Positions 19,976-28,761 of a DNA stretch of 64,000 nucleotides are shown in pieces. Each line of letters opens with the position of its first letter. Within the stretch, counting starts at the first letter, position 1. Source of the stretch: a candidate division WOR-3 bacterium. GTDB lineage: Bacteria > Hydrothermota > 32-111. Below the pieces are notes generated by a model that made no database searches, was not told where the DNA came from, and saw only the letters and a program-made list of their open reading frames with translations. The stretch lies in NCBI GenBank assembly GCA_037481815.1, contig JBBFKX010000001.1, forward strand, positions 512,001 to 576,000, in the 5' to 3' direction. A program made the position numbers and the translations under genes.

Positions 19976-20470
19976 TTACCAGTAGTAATTATCGTTAGCA
20001 AGATCGTTCGAAATCGGATAAGGTTCTTCCTGATAATTGTCAACATACCAGAAATCATATCCCCAATCTCCATCAAGATCGTTGCCATCCCAGACTGATG
20101 CTATACCATAAACACAAATATAATCATAAGTAAACCATTTGTACCAAAAAACATAGTATAAATACCTTGATTTTTGTGGAAATTTGAAAGGAAGTTTTTC
20201 AAGTTCGATATCTTCAGGATAACAACTGTTGTCAGGATTCACAACAAGGTAACCCCAATAATCACCATTATCTGGAAAGTAAAGACCTGTTTCAAAAAAA
20301 TTCAACCTTTCATAATTGTAAACCGTTTTAATCGCATGTTTCATAATCGTTTGTCTGACAATACCTCTGACTCTCATAAAAGATGGTATCGATAAGGAAA
20401 CAAGAATACCAAGTATTGCGATAACTACTGTTAACTCAACAAGAGTGAAACCTTTTTTTTCTTTCAACAT
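19976..20470 (-). CDS. Type IV prepilin
   Basis: KKG|FTLVELTVVIAILGILVSLSIP class III signal with E5 and P22; SD AGGAGG. Confidence 0.9.
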   Translation of the reverse strand: MLKEKKGFTLVELTVVIAILGILVSLSIPSFMRVRGIVRQTIMKHAIKTVYNYERLNFFETGLYFPDNGDYWGYLVVNPDNSCYPEDIELEKLPFKFPQKSRYLYYVFWYKWFTYDYICVYGIASVWDGNDLDGDWGYDFWYVDNYQEEPYPISNDLANDNYYW

Positions 20471-20481
20471 AATTCCCTCCT

Positions 20482-20985
20482 TTATTTCTGTACAATTATT
20501 CCTTTAGCTGAAAATGCTGGAGATTTTATGGAATCGTTTTTGATTTTCAGTATAAATCCAAAATTTTCATCCTTTTTGTAATAAAGATGTCTGGGTTCAG
20601 AAACATTATAACTTTTAGAAACTTCCTCTAAATTTTCAGGGAAAAATTTTTTGTTTTTTCCATAATCTAGGATCAACCTGTTGAAAAGTATCAATTCCTG
20701 ATACGGGTTTAAAGAATCCATCTGAAGAAGAGTTACTTTTTCAATCTGGTTTGAAAGTTGTTTTGAATGGGTTCCCTTATAAAAAAATAATATAAAAATT
20801 TCAAACAGGATTATCGGAATACTCAAAAAAATGAAAATATAAACGAACGAGAATCGTTTTTTCCTGTTTTTCGTTTCCTTTGATTTTTCAAACTCATCCG
20901 CTCTCTTTTCCGCTTCCTCTATTAAAGTTTTGTAATCTCTTTCCAAATTTCCACTATCCCATTTGGATTTTTTTTCATCTTCCAT
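20482..20985 (-). CDS. Single-TM hypothetical protein with a pseudopilin-like helix
   Basis: Charged N-terminus, one TM segment, then ILDYGKNKKFFPENLEEV; SD AAGGAGG. Confidence 0.55.
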   Translation of the reverse strand: MEDEKKSKWDSGNLERDYKTLIEEAEKRADEFEKSKETKNRKKRFSFVYIFIFLSIPIILFEIFILFFYKGTHSKQLSNQIEKVTLLQMDSLNPYQELILFNRLILDYGKNKKFFPENLEEVSKSYNVSEPRHLYYKKDENFGFILKIKNDSIKSPAFSAKGIIVQK

Positions 20986-21011
20986 AACACCTCCTTTTCA
21001 AAAATCTTAAA

Positions 21012-21026
21012 ACATAAATTGTGCCA
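21012..21026 (-). promoter_or_regulatory. Putative sigma54 (-24/-12) promoter
   Basis: TGGCACAATTTATGT against consensus TGGCACGNNNNTTGC; positioned to start transcription just upstream of the SD at 20990-20996. Confidence 0.5.
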
Positions 21027-21120
21027 GATATTAAATCTTATCTTTTTTTACTTATAGAAATTTCTCATAAAAAAAATATGTTTTATCCATTACACTGTAA
21101 TAGAATCTTTACATTTTCTA

Positions 21121-21149
21121 TTGACTTAGATTTAATACAAATATAAAAT
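21121..21149 (+). promoter_or_regulatory. sigma70 promoter
   Basis: TTGACT-N17-TAAAAT upstream of ORF 21167. Confidence 0.55.
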
Positions 21150-21166
21150 AACCAAAAGGATTTATT

Positions 21167-22231
21167 ATGATGGAGTATACATTTTATTTGATCGCTTCTA
21201 TCTCATTATCTTTTTCACTCTTTATAATCTTCAAACTCATACCGATTACAGGTTTTTTCATCCCCGGTATGATGGGTTTTGTTTTTACAGCATCGATGAT
21301 TTTTCTTTTGTTTGAAAAGAAAATAATTTTAGGTTTTAAAAATAATTTTAAAACTGGTCTATTATTATCGATTCCATCGGTTGGATTTTACATTTTATTA
21401 TTATTCCAGTTGAAATTTTTTGATCCATTTACAATAATCTTTATACTTTTCTTATCCTATAAAATTTCATCGGAACAATTTTTAAGAAAAAAATATGACA
21501 TTATTTATGTTTTAATCATGTTGGTGATTTTTATATTTTTGAACAAACTTTACATGGATTTAAAACTTTTCGCTCACTCTTTTATTTCTTTTGTTATTCA
21601 GATTCTTCTTTTCAAACTTTTGAAAAAAACTCAAAAGTTCAATATATCTCCTGTTGAAAAAATATTTTATCCTTATCTTTCAGGTGCAATAGTTTTAACC
21701 ACATTATATTTTTTCAATAAACCAGAACAAACCCCCGAAATTAACCAATTGAATCAGATATTTTTATCCATTTACGTTTTTATATCAAATTTTTTACTCT
21801 CATTATTTATGATAAAATTTGAAGATCTGGATTTAAAAAAAATAAATAAGGATTTTCTTTTCTCCTGTGCTCTATTTTTTACTCTATTTCTGTTTTTGAA
21901 TATTCCAAACATTATTCTTTTCTTTTTGGTTCTCATCTTAGTGATAAAAGAATTTTTCTTAAAGAAAAGAATGAAAAAAGGTTTTGGTGTTAGTGAATAT
22001 ATTGCTATACTAACAATGGCTGCAATAATTTTTTCTCTTCTGATTCCATCGATCAAAATAGTTAAAAACAAGATTGTTGCGATGCATGACTGCGAAAAAT
22101 TGAACAACAGTAAAGGTGATTTAAGAAATGTATATCAAATAGATGGTATCTATATAAAATTTATCAACAGAAAGCCTTCATTCATATACACAAAAACAAA
22201 AGATAGATTCAGATACCTCTCTATCCAATAA
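21167..22231 (+). CDS. Polytopic membrane protein with a C-terminal prepilin-like domain
   Basis: About 9-10 hydrophobic segments followed in frame by KKRMKKG|FGVSEYIAILTMAAIIFSLLIP. Confidence 0.6.
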   Translation: MMEYTFYLIASISLSFSLFIIFKLIPITGFFIPGMMGFVFTASMIFLLFEKKIILGFKNNFKTGLLLSIPSVGFYILLLFQLKFFDPFTIIFILFLSYKISSEQFLRKKYDIIYVLIMLVIFIFLNKLYMDLKLFAHSFISFVIQILLFKLLKKTQKFNISPVEKIFYPYLSGAIVLTTLYFFNKPEQTPEINQLNQIFLSIYVFISNFLLSLFMIKFEDLDLKKINKDFLFSCALFFTLFLFLNIPNIILFFLVLILVIKEFFLKKRMKKGFGVSEYIAILTMAAIIFSLLIPSIKIVKNKIVAMHDCEKLNNSKGDLRNVYQIDGIYIKFINRKPSFIYTKTKDRFRYLSIQ

Positions 22232-23897
22232 TTTTATAAACATCATCCTTCACTTTTTCACATCTTTCTTTTATCTGGTCAAGAATACTTTTTGCCTTTG
22301 TTTTTGTACTCTCTTTATATTCTGAATCATCGAGATTTTTTAAATTGATAAGAATATTCATATATGCACCTTCAGCACATGAGAGAAGATTCAAAGATGC
22401 TACACCCGCATCAGAGATTGAGTTTACATTCCCGATCTTTGTTATCTTTTCAAGATAGGGTAAAAGTTCATTTATGGTTTCCAATGTCTTCATCGGAACA
22501 TCTATGGCTTTTTTTGTAGCATCCTTCAATTTTTCATCCCTGATCCTTTTTTCTTCCTCACTCTTTTTAGGCAATTTAAAAACCTCCATATAATAGTTGA
22601 AAGCTTCGGTATCAAGATCGATAAGTTCGAGCATCAGATCCTTTATCCTTTGCGATTGAGAAGAAATCTCTTGAGTATCTTCGTTATATTTTTCATATCC
22701 TTTCTTTCCGAAAGTCAAATTAGCAACCATTGAAACAAGGGATGCAGATATAGAACCTGACAATGCAGCGACACTACCTCCACCAGGGGCTGGAGAATCC
22801 GTCGAAAGTTCATCACAAAAATCTTTCAAATTCATATCGATAAGTTTTTTCTTTTTCATCTTACTTTCATAAGCATACTCTATAACTTTTTTGTTTACAT
22901 CAAATGGATAAAGAGTATCGAGTCCTAAAGATTTAATCGCTATATAAAGGATCTCCTTTTCAGGAATACCTATAGATTTTCCCTGCTTTTTCAGATAAAA
23001 TTTACCTGCCTCAATTAAAGCATTTTTCGGTATCAAACCAACAAGTTCTGAACCGGTTACTTTAACACCGATTTTATTTGCTTCCTCTGTTGCTTTTTCA
23101 TAAGCGATATGAGGAGGAGTAACTTTCCAGTTCGTTAGATTTATTGATATCTGTGCAATATTATAATCATCAACAAACCAGCCGATAGCTCTACACTCTT
23201 TTAAGAGGCCAGGGACATAAACCGTATTCCCATTTTCATCTTTTACGATTTTCCCATTCTCATCCTTTTTAGGATATCCTTTCTCTCTTATAACATTTGC
23301 GATCTGCGTTGCAAGTTTAGCATCTTTCGTGTTAAGGTTTATATTGTATGCGATCAAAAAATCCCTGACACCTATGACGGTGGCACCACTTTTTGGGTTG
23401 AATTCAGCCTTACCAAAATCTGGTTTCCAGTTTGGATCTTTTATTTTATCTTTAAGTCCCTCGTATTCACCTTCTCTTATATTCGCCAAAGATTTTCTTT
23501 TTGGTTCAGTTGCAGCATATTCATAAAGATAAACTGGAATGTTCAACTCGTTTGCAACCCTTTCTCCAAGTTTTCTTGCAAGTTGAACACATTCTTCAAC
23601 ACTGATTTCACTCACTGGAACAAAGGGACAAACATCACATGCTCCCATTCTTGGATGTTCTCCTTTATGTTTTGACATATCTATAAGTTCCGAACCCTTT
23701 TTTATAGCAAGAAATGCTGATTCAAGAACAGATTCAGGAGTTCCAATGAAAGTTATCACTGTTCTGTTTGTCGCTGCTCCGGGATCAACATCAAGAAGGA
23801 TTGTTCCACTTACTGATTCTATAGCATCAGTTATCTGTTTTATAACATTCATATCTTTACCTTCAGAAAAATTTGGTACACATTCAACTAATTTCAT
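22221..23897 (-). CDS. ftcD: Bifunctional glutamate formiminotransferase / formiminotetrahydrofolate cyclodeaminase
   Basis: LVECVPNFSEG, HPRMGACDVCPF and C-terminal SPAPGGGSVAA cyclodeaminase domain. Confidence 0.93.
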   Translation of the reverse strand: MKLVECVPNFSEGKDMNVIKQITDAIESVSGTILLDVDPGAATNRTVITFIGTPESVLESAFLAIKKGSELIDMSKHKGEHPRMGACDVCPFVPVSEISVEECVQLARKLGERVANELNIPVYLYEYAATEPKRKSLANIREGEYEGLKDKIKDPNWKPDFGKAEFNPKSGATVIGVRDFLIAYNINLNTKDAKLATQIANVIREKGYPKKDENGKIVKDENGNTVYVPGLLKECRAIGWFVDDYNIAQISINLTNWKVTPPHIAYEKATEEANKIGVKVTGSELVGLIPKNALIEAGKFYLKKQGKSIGIPEKEILYIAIKSLGLDTLYPFDVNKKVIEYAYESKMKKKKLIDMNLKDFCDELSTDSPAPGGGSVAALSGSISASLVSMVANLTFGKKGYEKYNEDTQEISSQSQRIKDLMLELIDLDTEAFNYYMEVFKLPKKSEEEKRIRDEKLKDATKKAIDVPMKTLETINELLPYLEKITKIGNVNSISDAGVASLNLLSCAEGAYMNILINLKNLDDSEYKESTKTKAKSILDQIKERCEKVKDDVYKIIG

Positions 23898-25411
23898 TTT
23901 TCCTCCTCAATTTTATCGTTCTTTCTTTCAATATTGTATTCTTTTAGTTTATAATGTAAAGTTCTTAAACTGATTCCCAGAACCTCTGCTGTTTTTTTCC
24001 TTGAATAATCGTTTTCCCTCAACACATTTAAAATATGTTCTTTTTCAACATCCTTTAACTTTTTTGAATAGAATTCCCTTTTTATTTTTCTTTTATTCAG
24101 AATTTCTTCAGGTATATCATCGATAGTGATTATATCATGTTGAGCCATAACTATAGCATGCTGTATCACATTTTCAAGTTCTCTTATATTCCCTGGCCAG
24201 TCATATTTAAGTAGTGCTGCCATCGCCTCACTTGACACTCCTTCAATATTCTTATTTTTCCCACTCAATTTGTGGATAAGATACTTAACGAGAATCGGAA
24301 TGTCTTCAATCCTCTCACGTAAAGGTGGTATTACTATTTTTACAACCTTTAATCGATAATAAAGATCTTCTCTGAAAGTGCCTTTCTTCACCTCTTCTTC
24401 AAGAACTCTGTTTGTAGCTGAGATTATTCTGACATCAACATTTCTGTCTTCTGTATCCCCAAGTCGCCTGATCTTATGTTCCTGTAAAACTCTTAAAAGT
24501 TTTGTTTGGGTGGAAATCGTAAGATCTCCGACCTCATCAAGAAAAAATGTCCCACCATCTGCAGCTTCAAAAAGTCCCATCTTATCAGTTAAAGCTCCTG
24601 TGAATGCTCCTTTCACATAACCAAAGAGTTCACTTTCAAGCAAAGTTTCAGGTAAAGCACCACAATACTGTGTTATGAATTTTTTATCTTTTCGTGGAGA
24701 ATTAAAATGGATCGCTCTTGCGATAAGGCCTTTCCCGGTTCCACTTTCACCCTCAAGAAGAACAGGGACATCACTATTTATAACTTTTTCGATCAATCTT
24801 AAAACATCCCTCATCTTTTTACTTGTTCCAATAATATCCTCAAAATTGTATAAAGACGAAATTTCCCTTTTTAAACTTAAATTTTCCATTGCAAGTGAGT
24901 TTGTCAATTTAGCGTTCTCTATACTCAAAACAGCGAGGTTTGCAAATGCATTCATAAACTCTATCTCTTCTTCAGAAAAAATCTTTTTGTTTGTCTGGGT
25001 ATCGAGGTATATGACTCCAATTATTCTGTTCAACCTCTTTAATGGAACAACCAAAATCGAGCGAAGATTGTAAAGTGCTATCGATTGTGATTGTGAAAAA
25101 CGCGGATCAGTTTTCGCATCTGAAGTTAAAACGATCTCTCCCTCCTGCAATGCTTTATATACTGATGTCATAGAAATCTCTTTTGAGTTTATGATGTTTT
25201 CCTTATGAAGGTTTCTGGCGACTTCTACTTTCATCTCCCCACTTTTATCTTCAAGTATCATCAAAAATCCTCTTTCAGCTTCAAGAACATTCAAAGTTAT
25301 ATCCATTATCTTTTCAAGGAGTTCATTGTAATCTCTTATTGAGTTGATAATCTCACTTGCTTCATAGAGAGATTTTAAAACTTTCACATTTTCCGGTAAA
25401 TTTTTTGCCAT
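23894..25411 (-). CDS. sigma54-dependent enhancer-binding protein (GAF-AAA+-Fis HTH)
   Basis: N-terminal GAF, GESGTGKG, ESELFG, GAFTGA, FREDLYYRL, WPGNIREL, C-terminal HTH. Confidence 0.93.
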   Translation of the reverse strand: MAKNLPENVKVLKSLYEASEIINSIRDYNELLEKIMDITLNVLEAERGFLMILEDKSGEMKVEVARNLHKENIINSKEISMTSVYKALQEGEIVLTSDAKTDPRFSQSQSIALYNLRSILVVPLKRLNRIIGVIYLDTQTNKKIFSEEEIEFMNAFANLAVLSIENAKLTNSLAMENLSLKREISSLYNFEDIIGTSKKMRDVLRLIEKVINSDVPVLLEGESGTGKGLIARAIHFNSPRKDKKFITQYCGALPETLLESELFGYVKGAFTGALTDKMGLFEAADGGTFFLDEVGDLTISTQTKLLRVLQEHKIRRLGDTEDRNVDVRIISATNRVLEEEVKKGTFREDLYYRLKVVKIVIPPLRERIEDIPILVKYLIHKLSGKNKNIEGVSSEAMAALLKYDWPGNIRELENVIQHAIVMAQHDIITIDDIPEEILNKRKIKREFYSKKLKDVEKEHILNVLRENDYSRKKTAEVLGISLRTLHYKLKEYNIERKNDKIEEEK

Positions 25412-25421
25412 AGAAACTCCT

Positions 25422-26378
25422 TTATTGTGAAAAAAATCTTACAGAGTTTTCTGAAAAATTTCCAAAAAGATCATAAACCCTGACAACAAATCTATATCCA
25501 CCTTCTTTAAGGATCTGATCATAAACAAACAGAGTATCATAAATTGAACAAGTATCAGAGAAAATTATACTATCGTTTTCATCTTTTATCGAGAGGTTTA
25601 TATAAGAAGAATAGTAGGGTTTATCGGTTCTGAACCTGAAAATGTATGGATAATCCATCTGTTGTTCCTCATCTGGATAATAGATAGAAGGTATATACTC
25701 AACAAACCTTATAAGTGACAGATTTTTGACACTCAAACTTTCTCCGTAACCATCTATGATTTTAACGGAAGCATTCTCTCCTATCAGATCATAGATGTTT
25801 AATGGTGAACTTATTTTGTTGAAATTCAAAGAACATTTGATAAAATCCCCTTCATAAATTTTGATAAAAGAGTACTCTCCAAAATCGAATTTTATTGAAG
25901 CGACAGAAATATCATCTATCGAATCTTTTTCCTGAATCTTTACTATAAAATTCACATCGTAACTTAAACTATCGAGTATATCATATGTTCTTTTAACAGA
26001 AGAATAAACATACGATGTTTCAACTTGAGGTATGAAATTCAAATATTCTACCAATTCAAGGGGAATACCTGAAGCAAGGAAAGTATCAAGATATAATGTT
26101 GAATATCCCTCTTTATAAAATTTTATTTTTATATCACCTTTCAAAATGTTTGAAAAAGAAACATAACCATTAATATCGGTTACCTTTGATAATGTATCGT
26201 TAATAATTACTTCAACTTCTGGGAGTGGGTTATGGAAATGATCATAACATAATATTTTAACTGTACTTTTTCCAAATCGATTTTCAGGATCCAGTAACGC
26301 TTCATGAGGTTGATCTATATAACAACCCTGATATAAAAAAATACAAAAAATAAAAATTTTCAAAAATTTTTTTACCAT
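25422..26378 (-). CDS. Putative lipoprotein, beta-rich
   Basis: Signal peptide ending LYQG-C; TDINGY...KEGY carboxypeptidase-regulatory-like domain. Confidence 0.55.
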   Translation of the reverse strand: MVKKFLKIFIFCIFLYQGCYIDQPHEALLDPENRFGKSTVKILCYDHFHNPLPEVEVIINDTLSKVTDINGYVSFSNILKGDIKIKFYKEGYSTLYLDTFLASGIPLELVEYLNFIPQVETSYVYSSVKRTYDILDSLSYDVNFIVKIQEKDSIDDISVASIKFDFGEYSFIKIYEGDFIKCSLNFNKISSPLNIYDLIGENASVKIIDGYGESLSVKNLSLIRFVEYIPSIYYPDEEQQMDYPYIFRFRTDKPYYSSYINLSIKDENDSIIFSDTCSIYDTLFVYDQILKEGGYRFVVRVYDLFGNFSENSVRFFSQ

Positions 26379-27043
26379 ACAATATCAAAAATGTTAAAAA
26401 TATAAACAGAAAACGAGATATCAAGAAAAAACCGATTAACTTTCGACCAGCTGTTATAAATATTGTAATTCTTTATGGCTTCATCTTCAGTAGTTGATTT
26501 CATATACATATCCTTCATATTCAGAGTAAAAATATAAGAAGTTACACTTCCTATAACAGAAGAAAGAAAAATCGATCCCAAAACAATCGACTTATTTTTC
26601 TCCCCAATAGACATCTGTCCCCATCCAGGGAATACCATCGATTTAATGATAATACCTTTCTTATTTATATTCGAATTGTTTTCTGTTTCAATTTTAAAAT
26701 ATGATGGTGTTTCCTTTATCAAAAAATTTATCCTTTCTTTTGCTTTCAAGAAAACCTGAACTATTTTAGGAGAAACAAATTCTTCATTCAAAGTATAATT
26801 GTTATCAAGAGTTAAAATATTTTCAAAATATCTCTGACCGTTTATCGTATCCCCTAAAGCGATATAAGAAAATGCTATATATGTTTGCAGATTGATAAGA
26901 TCATCTTTACCCATATCATCTTTAAAATCTTTTAATATTCTTTCTCCTTCTGAGATAACCTTATCATATTCTCCAGTTTCATAATAAATTATTATATCGT
27001 TGATCGTAGTTGAAAATATGAAGAATGGAATGAGCAAAATCAA
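26372..27043 (-). CDS. TPR plus DUF5683-like exported/membrane protein
   Basis: N-terminal hydrophobic signal, TPR-like helices, SMVFPGWGQ motif. Confidence 0.55.
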   Translation of the reverse strand: MILLIPFFIFSTTINDIIIYYETGEYDKVISEGERILKDFKDDMGKDDLINLQTYIAFSYIALGDTINGQRYFENILTLDNNYTLNEEFVSPKIVQVFLKAKERINFLIKETPSYFKIETENNSNINKKGIIIKSMVFPGWGQMSIGEKNKSIVLGSIFLSSVIGSVTSYIFTLNMKDMYMKSTTEDEAIKNYNIYNSWSKVNRFFLDISFSVYIFNIFDIVW

Positions 27044-28704
27044 AAGGAATAGATTTTTTTTAATAATTCCTCCTCTTTAATGAAAATTTCATCCTCTATC
27101 GTTTGATACGCCGGATTTTCAATTTTGATCCTATGTGGACCGATCAAAAGTTTAATAGAATCACCGATTGGGGTAAGTCCAATAAAGTTATCATCTATGG
27201 TCACCTTTCCCCATGGTCTTACAACTATTTTTAGATAACCAAATGCTTTTTCAAGTTCAACATCAATTTTTGAAACTTTATCTTTTTCAATAAAAATCTC
27301 TTTTGAATACTCTTTTCTGTTAGGATGTTTCAACTTTATCAAATGTTTTCCAGTTTTCAGTTTAATATTTTTCGAAAGGGGTGTTCGATCGATAAAAATA
27401 TCATCTATATAAAGATCAGCCCATGGGACCACATTTACAGCAAGATAACCATACTCTTCTTTGATCTCCTTCTTTTTCATTTCAAAAAATATTGAATCAT
27501 TTTTTGTAAGTTCAAAATTCGTATCTATTTTTTCATATTCTGGATTCAAAGATGAAATTCTGTATTTACCTTTTTCGAGAGAAATTTTTTGAGGTGTTAA
27601 TACAACTATGGAATCGTTTATTGATATCTGAATATCTTTCGGTTGAGTTACTATGAAAAGAGAAAATTTTTCAACCTGTTGTTCCTTTACATAGATAGTT
27701 TTTATTCTTTCATTTTTTGTAAAAAAGTAGAATTGATAAAAGATAAGGGACAAAAGAACGAAAAGTAAAAAAATAAAGATAACCAATTCTGTATATTTAC
27801 CTTTCTTTTTTATCTTAACTTTGATATAGGATTTAAAATGTTGATTCTGTTCTTTTTGAGAAAAAACAAACTCTTTTAAATCATTTTTTGTAATTGGGAT
27901 TTGGAATTTATCTATCTTCTCAATTATTTCATCACAGGAAGAAGGTCTTTTGGATGGATCCCTGTTTAACATCAAATTTATGAGTTCTATAAAAAGTGGT
28001 GGGATATTATTGGGATCATAATCAAAATCCAATTTTCTAAAATAAAGAATATTGTTTATCGTTTCAAATTGATCTTTTCCTTCAAAAGGATTTTTACCTG
28101 TTATCATTTCAACAACCGTGATTCCAAGAGAAAATATATCTGATGAAACGGTTATCTCTCTTCCAGAAAGTTGTTCTGGAGGGAAGTATGCAGGGGTTCC
28201 AATATATGTTCCAGGATTGGTGACATTAATAAGTTCTTTTCCAAATGCGAGTCCAAAATCTGTAATTTTAACGGTTCCATCATCAGATAGCATTATATTA
28301 TCAGGTTTTAAATCTCTATGTAAAATCTGTTGTGAATGGATATATGATAACCCCTTTAAGACCTCTTTTAAAATAAAAATTGTATATTCAAAAGGTATCG
28401 TTTTCTTCTCATTTATAAGACTTTTTAAAGATTTACCTTTTATATACTCCAGAACAATGAATTTATCATCATCTTTTTCATAAAAATCGATAATTGAAAC
28501 TATATTTTCATGTTTCAATTTTCCAAGGATCGATGCTTCCCTTTTAAATCTTTTTACAAAATTTGCATCCTGACTTAAATGTGGGTGCAATTTTTTAATC
28601 ACAACTTCCCGGTTGAGAGAAATTTGCACACCCTTATATATTGTTGCCATTCCTCCTGTTGCAATTGTTTCCTTTATAATATATTTATTTTCATTCATAT
28701 TCAT
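27040..28704 (-). CDS. Hanks-type Ser/Thr protein kinase with TM segment and PEGA domains
   Basis: GGMATIY, VIKK, HRDLKPDN, DFG, GTPAYFPPEQ; TM; three PEGA-like repeats (PWADLYID, PWGKVTID). Confidence 0.92.
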   Translation of the reverse strand: MNMNENKYIIKETIATGGMATIYKGVQISLNREVVIKKLHPHLSQDANFVKRFKREASILGKLKHENIVSIIDFYEKDDDKFIVLEYIKGKSLKSLINEKKTIPFEYTIFILKEVLKGLSYIHSQQILHRDLKPDNIMLSDDGTVKITDFGLAFGKELINVTNPGTYIGTPAYFPPEQLSGREITVSSDIFSLGITVVEMITGKNPFEGKDQFETINNILYFRKLDFDYDPNNIPPLFIELINLMLNRDPSKRPSSCDEIIEKIDKFQIPITKNDLKEFVFSQKEQNQHFKSYIKVKIKKKGKYTELVIFIFLLFVLLSLIFYQFYFFTKNERIKTIYVKEQQVEKFSLFIVTQPKDIQISINDSIVVLTPQKISLEKGKYRISSLNPEYEKIDTNFELTKNDSIFFEMKKKEIKEEYGYLAVNVVPWADLYIDDIFIDRTPLSKNIKLKTGKHLIKLKHPNRKEYSKEIFIEKDKVSKIDVELEKAFGYLKIVVRPWGKVTIDDNFIGLTPIGDSIKLLIGPHRIKIENPAYQTIEDEIFIKEEELLKKIYSF

Positions 28705-28761
28705 GTTTATGTTTTTAATTTTAACATCACAAAGAAAATAGTCAATAAATCGATTTCACAA

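Noticed and set aside
23225..23275. KDENG tandem repeat inside ftcD
   Set aside because: A short in-frame loop duplication within the enzyme, not a repeat array
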